Positions 1 through 8,126 of a stretch of 64,000 nt of DNA are shown in pieces; the first letter of the stretch is position 1, and every line of letters begins with the position of its first letter. The translations under genes and the position numbers were made by a program. Below the pieces are notes generated by a model. That model had not been told where the DNA came from, searched no databases, and saw only the letters and a list, made by a program, of their open reading frames with translations. Origin of the DNA: an uncultured Acidimicrobiales bacterium (GTDB lineage Bacteria; Actinomycetota; Acidimicrobiia; Acidimicrobiales; UBA10347); assembly GCA_963925805.1 (NCBI GenBank), contig CAWUSE010000005.1:89281-153280 (forward strand), written 5' to 3'.

Positions 1-951
1 ATCATTGGTTCCGGGCCTGCTGGGCTGACAGCAGCAATCTATGCAGCCCGAGCTCGCCTAGCCCCTCTTGTTATCGAAGGCGAACCTTCTTCGACAAGCG
101 ACCAACCTGGTGGCCAACTAATGCTGACCACCGACGTCGAGAACTACCCCGGTTTCCCCGAGGGTGTCATGGGCCCCGAGCTCATGAGCATGTTCCGTAA
201 CCAGGCAGAACGTTTTGGGGCCACCATGGTTACCCGTAAAGTCGTCAAGGTCACGTTCTCACAAACTCCTGGTACTGAACCACACAAAATTTGGATCAAT
301 GACGCAACCACCCCGGAACCGACCTACACCGCTACCGCCGTAATCATTTCAACCGGGGCCCAATCCCTCATGCTCGATTTGCCGAACGAGTCCGAGCTGA
401 TTGGTCATGGTCTCAGCACCTGCGCCACATGCGACGGTTTCTTCTTCCGCGACCAAGAAATTGCTGTCGTAGGTGGCGGCGACTCAGCTTTGGAAGAGGC
501 CATGTTCCTGACTCGCTTCGCAAGCAAGGTCTCGCTGCTAGTGCGGCGTGACGAGCTTCGCGCTTCGAAGATCATGCAAGACCGTGCGTTTGCGAACGAC
601 AAAATCGACATCGTTTGGAACACCACAGTCACTAGCTACCTCGGTGATGGCAAAATCACCGGTATTGCTACCGAGAACACCAAGACTGGCGAATCTGGCA
701 CCATGGATATCACTGGTATTTTCATCGCCATTGGTCATAAGCCATCGACGAGCCTGTTCCTCGACCAGCTCGAGGTTAAGCCAAACGGTTACCTAGTCGC
801 CGAACCCAATTCGACCGTCACGGCAATCCCTGGCGTATTTGCCTGCGGAGATGTTGTCGATGACTACTACCGCCAAGCAATCACTGCTGCTGGTTCCGGC
901 TGCCAAGCTGCGATCGATACCGAGCGCTGGCTCGAAGGCCTCCACGACTAA
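1..951 (+). CDS. trxB: thioredoxin-disulfide reductase (5' partial, continues upstream of window)
   Basis: The frame is open from base 1 (IIGSGPAGLTAAIYAARA, an FAD GxGxxG motif). It has the redox-active CATCDG and a GGGDSALEEA NADPH motif. The ATG at 121 in the ORF track is internal. Confidence 0.95.
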   Translation: MIGSGPAGLTAAIYAARARLAPLVIEGEPSSTSDQPGGQLMLTTDVENYPGFPEGVMGPELMSMFRNQAERFGATMVTRKVVKVTFSQTPGTEPHKIWINDATTPEPTYTATAVIISTGAQSLMLDLPNESELIGHGLSTCATCDGFFFRDQEIAVVGGGDSALEEAMFLTRFASKVSLLVRRDELRASKIMQDRAFANDKIDIVWNTTVTSYLGDGKITGIATENTKTGESGTMDITGIFIAIGHKPSTSLFLDQLEVKPNGYLVAEPNSTVTAIPGVFACGDVVDDYYRQAITAAGSGCQAAIDTERWLEGLHD

Positions 952-1083
952 ACCCCAGCCCTGCATTAAATAACCGTACATTGCGGAATACCAGCAGGCT
1001 TTCACGAGTTTCAGTTTTTATAAGTTCACCCCAAATGCCTTTAAGCCACTAGGTTCGGACAGCGAACCTTCAAGGAGCCCTTC

Positions 1084-1410
1084 ATGTCTGACAAAATCAC
1101 TCACCTCACCACCGAGACGTTTGATGAAATGGTGGCTGGCGCCGATGGCCCAGTCCTCGTAGACTTTTGGGCAGAGTGGTGTGGCCCGTGCAAAATGATT
1201 GCACCGATTCTCGACGAAATCGCTGAAGAACAGGGAGACAACCTCTCCATCGCCAAAGTCAATGTGGACGAAGCCGGTGAGATTGCCCAGCGCTACCAGG
1301 TCATGAGCATCCCAACTCTGCTTGTATTCAAGGATGGTGAAGTCGCTAAGCGCATGGTTGGCGCTTCAGGCAAAGCAAAGCTACTCGAAGACATCTCTGA
1401 GTTCCTCTAG
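1084..1410 (+). CDS. trxA: thioredoxin
   Basis: 108 aa with the WCGPCK active site and typical thioredoxin length. It lies directly downstream of trxB. Confidence 0.95.
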   Translation: MSDKITHLTTETFDEMVAGADGPVLVDFWAEWCGPCKMIAPILDEIAEEQGDNLSIAKVNVDEAGEIAQRYQVMSIPTLLVFKDGEVAKRMVGASGKAKLLEDISEFL

Positions 1411-1596
1411 AGTTCTCTCAGAGGCCTCTTTCAACGCCTCATCCCCTGATTAGGGGATACAAACCTACATTCTGTAACGATCGATCCGCAAAGCTCGATC
1501 TTTGCTTTAGGCGTGCTGTATGCCCTTGTAGGCCAAAAGTTTCACACAGCTTTGTGCACATGCTGTGCAAATCGAGGAAACCCTTGACTTGCTCAA

Positions 1597-1626
1597 TGAT
1601 ATATGCCCCAAATAGGGTATATATCA
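1597..1626. other. inverted repeat TGATATATGCCC-n6-GGGTATATATCA (12-nt arms, 1 mismatch)
   Basis: Read directly in the convergent trxA/parB spacer. The arms are AT-rich and the function is unknown. Confidence 0.5.
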
Positions 1627-1664
1627 GAACCGTGTAGGCACTGCCTTGCTTGGAGACCGATGCT

Positions 1665-2609
1665 CTACTCGCCTGTCATCAAAGCATAGATACGTTCAAG
1701 ATCATCAATATCTGCAAAATCAATCGTAAGCCGGCCCCGCTTTGTGCCAAGTGTGATTCCCACTTTGGTATCGAAACGATCGCCCAGCAGCTCTTCGAGT
1801 TCCAAGAGGGCTGGTGGCTTAGTAGCTCCAACAGCACCGCCGTCCGGCGTCGCAGACAAGCCCTCCCCAGCAATGGCTGATTCGGCGCCCATAGAATCAT
1901 TGTTGTCGGGGGTCGTCCCATCAATTTCATCAACCAAGCCAGTGGCACCCCGCACAACTGACTCAAGCACCCGCACACTAAGACCTTCGGCCAATACTCG
2001 TTGTACTAACTCGTCTCTATCTTCAGCGTCGACTGAGACCAAAACTCGGCCGTGACCAGCGCTGAGTCGGCCTTCGACAATCAGACGTTGTACATCACCC
2101 GGCAATTGCAACAAGCGGATTGCATTTGCAACTGCAGGGCGGCTACGCCCAACGCGGGTTGCTACTTGTTCTTGGGTCAGCGAAAACTCATCGATGAGTT
2201 GTTGGAATGCTGCTGCCTCTTCGATGGAATTAAGTTCGGCTCGCTGAACGTTCTCGACAATTGCCTGAGCCAGTGACATCTCATTGTCAACGTCGCGCAC
2301 GATCGCCGGTATTAGATCGAGCCCCGCACGAATCGCTGCACGCCATCGTCGTTCACCAGCAATCAACTCAAACTGCGAGTCGCCGTGTTTGCGCACCAAC
2401 ACTGGTTGGAGAACGCCAACCTCTCGTACCGATGCAGTAAGCGCCACTAGAGCTTCTTCATCAAAGTCCTGCCGAGGTTGATATGTGTTGGGCACAATAT
2501 CGACCACTGGGATGTCACGCAATGGACTACTTTCCACCGGTCGAGGGGGTTCCGACGGGATCAACGCCCCAAGTCCACGCCCCAGTCCACCTTGCCTACG
2601 ATTGGCCAT
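1665..2609 (-). CDS. parB: chromosome partitioning protein ParB
   Basis: 314 aa with the ParB-box motif LIAGERRWRAA and an HTH region. It overlaps the parA stop by 14 nt, and parS sites lie nearby. Confidence 0.93.
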   Translation of the reverse strand: MANRRQGGLGRGLGALIPSEPPRPVESSPLRDIPVVDIVPNTYQPRQDFDEEALVALTASVREVGVLQPVLVRKHGDSQFELIAGERRWRAAIRAGLDLIPAIVRDVDNEMSLAQAIVENVQRAELNSIEEAAAFQQLIDEFSLTQEQVATRVGRSRPAVANAIRLLQLPGDVQRLIVEGRLSAGHGRVLVSVDAEDRDELVQRVLAEGLSVRVLESVVRGATGLVDEIDGTTPDNNDSMGAESAIAGEGLSATPDGGAVGATKPPALLELEELLGDRFDTKVGITLGTKRGRLTIDFADIDDLERIYALMTGE

Positions 2610-3846
2610 TAAGTACCTCCTGGGTAACTGCCCGATAGGCGGCAGCGCCCCGGGAGTCAGAATCGAATGTAGTTATTGGTTGACCGAACGACGGCGCCTC
2701 TGAAAGCCGTACCGTTCGTGGAATCACATTGTCGCAGACCGTCGACCCGAAGTGCGATCGAACTTCGTCAACGACCTGCCCAGACAACTTGGTGCGAGGA
2801 TCAAACATCACCAGCACAATATGGCTGATCTGTAGATCAGGGTTCAGGCTAGAGCGAATGAGATCTACGTTTCGCATGAGTTGACCCAAACCCTCAAGCG
2901 CGTAATATTCACACTGGATCGGTACCAAAACTTCATGCGCCGCTGTAAGGGCGTTAATCGTTAACAGACCCAACGACGGGGGACAATCAATCAGCACATA
3001 GTCGTAATCATCGATAACTGACTCAATAGCCAACCGAAGCCGGTGTTCACGGCTCAGAAGTGGTACTAACTCGATTTCGGCGCCAGCAAGATCAAGACTA
3101 CTTGGCAAGACGAACAGGTTTTTCACCTCAGTCGGCTCAATGCAACTGTCGACTTCTGCGTCGTGCAACATCACGTGATAAACCGAAGATTCCAACTCGC
3201 GTGGTTCAAGTCCGAGCCCAGTCGACGCATTTGCCTGAGGATCGAGGTCAACCAGAAGGGTCCGATACCCCTGTTCAGCCAAGCAAGCGGCAATATTGAC
3301 TGTAGTCGTGGTCTTTCCTACGCCACCCTTTTGATTTGCCACAGCGATAACTCGGGGGAGTGCCATCGATATCTTTCTGTCACTATCACCGACCCGATCA
3401 GCCTCTACCGGTTTATTAGGCTCGCCAGGCTTATCATTGGCAGGTTCAATCTCGTCTTTCGTTGGCATAGCCTGGTCGATTCCGCCATCTGGTCTGCCAT
3501 CGGAACTCAATTCAACTAGCAGCTCTCCCACATCTGGTTCGCTAAACACTTCCGGCTGATCAGCGGCATTCGCTGCTTCGTCCACAAGAGCCGGTGCTGA
3601 TTCATCTACGATGACCGAGCTAACCGTTGCCTCGGCCAAGGTTTCAGCCTTCTTGGCTACCTCAACCCAACCCGACCCATGCGATTCATCAATCAAATCG
3701 AAGTCATTGTTGGGATCTGTGGCCCGCTCTAGTTCGGTCCACTCTTCAGCCGTGAGTTCGCCCCTGTCCAATGGAATAGCTTCGGAAGCATCATTATTAG
3801 GAGCCTGGGCTTCTTCTTGGTCGTCGTTAGGCAGGTCACTATGCAT
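2596..3846 (-). CDS. parA: ParA/Soj chromosome partitioning ATPase with a long acidic N-terminal extension (start uncertain: ATG at 3846, 3468 or 3366)
   Basis: Deviant Walker A NQKGGVGKTTT begins about residue 172. The C-terminal 255 aa are typical Soj/ParA. The upstream 160 aa are D/E-rich. Confidence 0.88.
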   Translation of the reverse strand: MHSDLPNDDQEEAQAPNNDASEAIPLDRGELTAEEWTELERATDPNNDFDLIDESHGSGWVEVAKKAETLAEATVSSVIVDESAPALVDEAANAADQPEVFSEPDVGELLVELSSDGRPDGGIDQAMPTKDEIEPANDKPGEPNKPVEADRVGDSDRKISMALPRVIAVANQKGGVGKTTTTVNIAACLAEQGYRTLLVDLDPQANASTGLGLEPRELESSVYHVMLHDAEVDSCIEPTEVKNLFVLPSSLDLAGAEIELVPLLSREHRLRLAIESVIDDYDYVLIDCPPSLGLLTINALTAAHEVLVPIQCEYYALEGLGQLMRNVDLIRSSLNPDLQISHIVLVMFDPRTKLSGQVVDEVRSHFGSTVCDNVIPRTVRLSEAPSFGQPITTFDSDSRGAAAYRAVTQEVLNGQS

Positions 3847-3907
3847 GGCAACTTCAACTCTAGCGTCGCCCCATAACCGGTGGGCGCGCGAACTTCAGCC
3901 TCTGTGC

Positions 3908-3923
3908 TGTTTCACGTGAAACA
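3908..3923. promoter_or_regulatory. parS site (TGTTTCACGTGAAACA, perfect consensus)
   Basis: Exact 16-bp palindrome matching the canonical ParB-binding parS, located in the parA-rsmG spacer. Confidence 0.9.
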
Positions 3924-3976
3924 CCCAAACAGGAAGGCGCCAAAGCTCCTGAATGGTTGGTGGCTCTGCTATCGAT

Positions 3977-3992
3977 TGTTTCACGTGAAACA
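3977..3992. promoter_or_regulatory. parS site (TGTTTCACGTGAAACA) embedded in a 28-bp perfect palindrome 3971-3998
   Basis: This is the second exact parS copy. The flanking ATCGAT arms extend the palindrome to ATCGATTGTTTCACGTGAAACAATCGAT. Confidence 0.9.
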
Positions 3993-4014
3993 ATCGATAC
4001 GCACTGGTCCAGTA

Positions 4015-4656
4015 TTAGACCCACCCTCGGTTAGCTCGGGGCGGCAACCGGGGCACGTTCTCAGGTGTCGGCGCAATCTTGTCAAAAACCACAAACCGTG
4101 TACCTCCCACTTCAGAAAATGTGGCGGATGAGAAACCAAGAGCAGTCAGGCTCGTGGCGCTCCAGCGGCCTTCATCCTCTTCAAGAACCGACGGTGGTTC
4201 GCTCACAATCAACACGCCTCCTGTCGAAACAAGCCCGGCGGCACACTCTGCGGTCAGGCTCGACGGCCCAAAAGCTCGAGCAACCACAACGTCAAAGGAT
4301 TCTCGATACTCGGGATCATGACCCAAGTACTGAGCTTCTAGACCCTGTACTTCCGTTCGTTCATGCAACCCAAGGCGTAGAACGACGCGTTCGACCTCGT
4401 CCGCTCTAGCGGTGCGCATATCGACCAAGGTCCAGCGCATCATTGGCCACAGCGCTGCTAATGCAACGCCTGGAAGGCCCCCGCCGGTACCCAAATCACA
4501 TCCTCGTTGAGGAATCCTTCCCGCCAGAACCTCAGTTAAAACAGAAGAAAAGCTGGCGCAATGCGCCAGCTGTTCTTCAAGATCACCGCCAATGGTACCC
4601 AGGCGGTAGGGGCGCTCCAACGCGGCCAGAAGGTCGCGTTGGAGGTCGGGGGTCAT
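4015..4656 (-). CDS. rsmG: 16S rRNA (guanine527-N7)-methyltransferase RsmG/GidB
   Basis: 213 aa with the SAM-binding motif DLGTGGGLPG. It occupies the conserved position between jag and parA. Confidence 0.9.
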   Translation of the reverse strand: MTPDLQRDLLAALERPYRLGTIGGDLEEQLAHCASFSSVLTEVLAGRIPQRGCDLGTGGGLPGVALAALWPMMRWTLVDMRTARADEVERVVLRLGLHERTEVQGLEAQYLGHDPEYRESFDVVVARAFGPSSLTAECAAGLVSTGGVLIVSEPPSVLEEDEGRWSATSLTALGFSSATFSEVGGTRFVVFDKIAPTPENVPRLPPRANRGWV

Positions 4657-5696
4657 TCTTCTTCGTCGCTCGCATCGGTAGCAAGGATCACGATGTAACG
4701 GCGGGGGTCGCGGCCCTCGGAAACAGTCTCTACACCAGGAATTTCAGCAACAGCATCGTGAATAAGCTTGCGGTCAGCGGCGCCCATTGGCTCCATGGCC
4801 TTGCTTACGCCTGAGTCGACAACAGAGCCTGCCAAATCAGTTGCGAACTTGGCCAACGCTTCACGGCGTCGCCCACGGTAATTATCAACATCAACCTGGA
4901 TTCGGTGGTAGCGACGTCCTGCGGCAGCCCGATGCATAGCCGTGCGGGCCAACTCTTCGAGTGACTGCAGCGTCGAAGCCTTGGTGCCAACCAAACGACC
5001 AAGTTCAGCACCGGTAACCTGCGCCTGCAGGGTGGTGCCCTCTTCGACCAGTACAACCTTCGCCGAAGGATCAAAGCCAATAGCCACACCAGTGACGAAA
5101 GCCTCGAGTGTCTCGCGCTGCTCGTCGACCGGCATCTCTACCCGGTCTTCGTTGTCACGGCCGCCACGATCGCGATCGCGATCGTTGCGTTGATGGCCTC
5201 CGCCACGACTGCGGTTACGGCCGCCACCATCACGGCCGCCACCATCACGATTGCCGCCACGATTGTTAGAACCGCCGTTGCGACCCTCATCAGCGCCGCT
5301 GGCTACGGTTGATGCGTCATCCTTCTTCGGGGCGCGGTTGCCGCCTTGACGGTTTCCGCTCTTGTTGTTAGAACCGCCATCATTTCCGCCACGACTGCGG
5401 TTGCGGCCGCCGCCATCACGATTGCCGCCACCAGAACCGCTATTGCCCCCTCGGTTGCGATTGCGGTCGCCCCCGCCTCGGCTCGGGCGGCGTTCTTCCT
5501 TGGCAGGCGGCGCCTTTGGCTTGATGCGAGCACGCACCCGCGCCTCCGACTTCGTCCGACCAAACAGACCTGTTTTACCTTCTTCGACTACCTGAATTTC
5601 GGCGTCGACATCATCGACACCTAACAAATCAAGAGCTCGAGTCTGTGCTTCTTCGACCGTACGAGCGGTCGTAACAATCCAATCCATGGGATTCAC
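4653..5696 (-). CDS. jag: Jag/KhpB-type RNA-binding protein (Jag_N + KH + R3H) with a large RGG/RNR-rich insert
   Basis: The N-terminus matches Jag_N. The C-terminal KH/R3H region includes LIHDAVAEIPGVETVSEG. It sits in conserved synteny downstream of yidC, and an ATGA overlap joins it to rsmG. Confidence 0.85.
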   Translation of the reverse strand: MNPMDWIVTTARTVEEAQTRALDLLGVDDVDAEIQVVEEGKTGLFGRTKSEARVRARIKPKAPPAKEERRPSRGGGDRNRNRGGNSGSGGGNRDGGGRNRSRGGNDGGSNNKSGNRQGGNRAPKKDDASTVASGADEGRNGGSNNRGGNRDGGGRDGGGRNRSRGGGHQRNDRDRDRGGRDNEDRVEMPVDEQRETLEAFVTGVAIGFDPSAKVVLVEEGTTLQAQVTGAELGRLVGTKASTLQSLEELARTAMHRAAAGRRYHRIQVDVDNYRGRRREALAKFATDLAGSVVDSGVSKAMEPMGAADRKLIHDAVAEIPGVETVSEGRDPRRYIVILATDASDEEE

Positions 5697-5699
5697 TTT

Positions 5700-6947
5700 C
5701 TATTTCTTCGCGCGTCGATTAGGGCTTGAATCGCCCTTTGGAGTTACTCGACGTGAGACCGGTTTTTCCGGTGTTTCGTTCTTTTGTGGAGCAGAACGCT
5801 TAGCGCGTCCCCACCCTGAGACTTTTTTGTTCGGTTCACTTGCTGTTTTCGACGAACCACGACCCTTGCGGTTAGTTTCTTTGGCTGCTGGCTGAGCTAT
5901 TGCACCAGGTGGGCGCGTGCGCTTCTGTGCACCGGCTGCTTCGCCTGTTGGTCGGCGCGAACCGTGGCGAGCACTTGGCCCAGCTTCTTTCTTCTTTGAA
6001 GAACCACCAAACAGCGCAGCTAGTGGGTTTTCAGGCTCGTCATCGTCATCGTCATCGTCGTCGTCATCACCGTCGAACTCGATTGGTTTATTTAGCTCTT
6101 CGTTCTCATAAACAGCTCGAGTGATATAAGCCTGTTGCAAGATGCGCAGCAAGGCCGACACGATGAAATACAACACCAGACCGGCGGGCATCGTGAATGA
6201 AAAGACAGGCAACATCCACGGGATAATCCGCATGATCATTTGCTGTTGCGAGCTGACCTCACCTGTCATGCGCCCCTGGATCTGACGCTGCTGATACCAC
6301 CCCAGGAAGGCAACCAAAGCAACCATCACCAGATAAGGAAAGGCAGCTCCAATATTGTCTTGCAGGACTTCAAACGGTGTCCGGCTTAGATCTAAGCCGA
6401 TCCACTGCATCTCATTGTCTTGCACAAGATCCAGGTACATCTGTGATTCGTTGCCGATTTCACGATGCAGGTATTCGGGGTTGAAGTTGCGGGCTCCGTT
6501 CGCTGAAGCATCGGTGAACTGTTGCCAAATGCTCCCGGCATTTGAAACGTCCACGGCCTCGTAACCGAGCCCTTGGCCGGCATCAAAACCAATCTCAGAG
6601 GAACGCCGAGTAATACCTCGAAGGACACGAAACATCACGATGAAGACTGGCGACTGGATCAGAATCGGCAGACAACCACTTAATGGGCTGACATTGTGCT
6701 CTTGATAGAGCGCCATCATTTCCTGGTTCAGCTTTTCACGATCACCCTTGTGCTTCTTTTGCAGGCGTTTTACCTGTGGCTGCAACCGCCTCATCGAGAC
6801 CATCGACTTGGTGCTGCGATACGTCAGAGGCGACAGAACAAACAACACCAGAGTGGTGAGCGCAATAATTGCGAACCCATAGCTTGGCACCAACGAGTAA
6901 AACCACTCGAGCAGGCCAGCCAGCAGGTTGAAGATCGGATCAAGCAT
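5700..6947 (-). CDS. yidC: membrane protein insertase YidC with a poly-Asp run and a long basic C-terminal tail
   Basis: The short Gram-positive-type YidC core is recognisable (MMALYQEHNVSPLSGCLPILIQSPVF). Synteny with yidD, rnpA and rpmH supports the call. Confidence 0.92.
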   Translation of the reverse strand: MLDPIFNLLAGLLEWFYSLVPSYGFAIIALTTLVLFVLSPLTYRSTKSMVSMRRLQPQVKRLQKKHKGDREKLNQEMMALYQEHNVSPLSGCLPILIQSPVFIVMFRVLRGITRRSSEIGFDAGQGLGYEAVDVSNAGSIWQQFTDASANGARNFNPEYLHREIGNESQMYLDLVQDNEMQWIGLDLSRTPFEVLQDNIGAAFPYLVMVALVAFLGWYQQRQIQGRMTGEVSSQQQMIMRIIPWMLPVFSFTMPAGLVLYFIVSALLRILQQAYITRAVYENEELNKPIEFDGDDDDDDDDDDEPENPLAALFGGSSKKKEAGPSARHGSRRPTGEAAGAQKRTRPPGAIAQPAAKETNRKGRGSSKTASEPNKKVSGWGRAKRSAPQKNETPEKPVSRRVTPKGDSSPNRRAKK

Positions 6948-6961
6948 TACGGAAACGTTCC

Positions 6962-7198
6962 TTAGACATGAGACCGGGGCGTCGACTTCATCGGCGGGAC
7001 AGGGTCATAACCGCGACCCCCGAGCGGGGAGCAGCGCATCACACGGCGCGTGCCAAGACAAAAACCCTTCACAACACCATGCCCCTCGATCGCATGAAAG
7101 GTGTAGGCACTGCACGTCGGATCAAAACGACAGGCATCGGGTCGAAGGGTTCGGTACTGGCGGTACCAACCGAGCACGAAAAGAACAAGCTTCTTCAT
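6962..7198 (-). CDS. yidD: membrane protein insertion efficiency factor YidD
   Basis: 78 aa with the YidD signature CRFDPTCSAYTFHAIEGHG....RCSPLGGRGYDPVP. Confidence 0.9.
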   Translation of the reverse strand: MKKLVLFVLGWYRQYRTLRPDACRFDPTCSAYTFHAIEGHGVVKGFCLGTRRVMRCSPLGGRGYDPVPPMKSTPRSHV

Positions 7199-7210
7199 GA
7201 CAACGTCCTC

Positions 7211-7597
7211 TCAGCGGGCCGCGCGTGATGCAGCGGCCAAGGTGGTTCGCAAGTCATCATCGAGTTTGTCATGTGATATCCGTGCAGCTTGATCATTCTT
7301 GACACCAACGAGATAGATCCCTGGGGCCAAATGAGGGGCTTCGTCCACGATGATTGGGCGTAAACGACGACGAATGCGGTTCCTGACCACAGCATTCCCC
7401 ACTTTTTTGCCAATTGCATACCCAATTTGGGGGGCATTCGGCGAACACGCAGGCTCTGGTCCAACTGCTTCATCGTCACTATCAATGGATTCCATTGAGA
7501 ACGGGGCGTACCGAACCCAACACCATCGTCCCTGACGCCGTCGTCCATGCGATGAAAGCGCAGCAAACGAAGCACGAGACCGAAGCGGTTCAATCAG
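7211..7597 (-). CDS. rnpA: ribonuclease P protein component (start uncertain, probably non-canonical and overlapping the rpmH stop)
   Basis: The RNR motif [14 protein letters not shown] is present. The conserved N-terminal [10 protein letters not shown]... lies upstream of the first in-frame ATG. The ORF-track extension to 7765 overlaps rpmH and is not credible. Confidence 0.8.
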   Translation of the reverse strand: MIEPLRSRASFAALSSHGRRRQGRWCWVRYAPFSMESIDSDDEAVGPEPACSPNAPQIGYAIGKKVGNAVVRNRIRRRLRPIIVDEAPHLAPGIYLVGVKNDQAARISHDKLDDDLRTTLAAASRAAR

Positions 7598-7728
7598 GCT
7601 GATAGCTTGGTCCGGCCGCGGCGGCGGCGATTTGAAAGTACGCGGCGCCCGGCCTTGGATGACATGCGCTGGCGGAAGCCATGTCGCATTGAGCGGCGGC
7701 GCACATTTGGCTGGAAAGTTCTCTTCAC
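7594..7728 (-). CDS. rpmH: 50S ribosomal protein L34 (GTG start; absent from the ORF track because it is under 60 aa)
   Basis: My manual translation gives [44 protein letters not shown] (44 aa), a canonical L34. It is divergent from dnaA. Confidence 0.95.
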   Translation of the reverse strand: MKRTFQPNVRRRSMRHGFRQRMSSKAGRRVLSNRRRRGRTKLSA

Positions 7729-8126
7729 GATTCGTCCCGATCGTTAGTGATAGGTGTCTTAGCAACGCGATGCGCTCGCTTCGAACACATCAAAGAAGCA
7801 ATGGTTGAACCATGACCCACGAATGGGAACGAGAGGGGGTTGAGGCTACGAAGGTCCCCTCTCTATGATTCAGCTCTTTACGTTAGGCCCTTCTAACAAC
7901 AGCAACAACACATCTGTGCATAAGTCGCGAAGCTCCTTGCACGCGGCAGGGTCCATGGTGATAGGTTCCCAAAAGCTGCATGGGCCAAGAACCCATTCAG
8001 TGCAAGGGATATCTTCGCCGGTCTTACCCGACGAGATAGTAATTCACAGGGACCGATGACCGCTCTGCACCGCAGTACAAGCGACCATCAAATGAAGAAA
8101 ACGATTTCACTCGTTCGGGAGAAAAC

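Noticed and set aside
1441-1458. Hairpin ATCCCC-tgatta-GGGGAT after trxA as an intrinsic terminator
   Set aside because: It has only a 6-bp stem and no downstream U-tract. It is plausible but too weak to list as a feature.
7729-8126. The rpmH-dnaA spacer as the replication origin
   Set aside because: I found only one near-consensus DnaA box (TGTGCATAA, 7915-7923), against at least seven in the dnaA-dnaN spacer. It probably holds the dnaA promoter and autoregulatory box rather than oriC.
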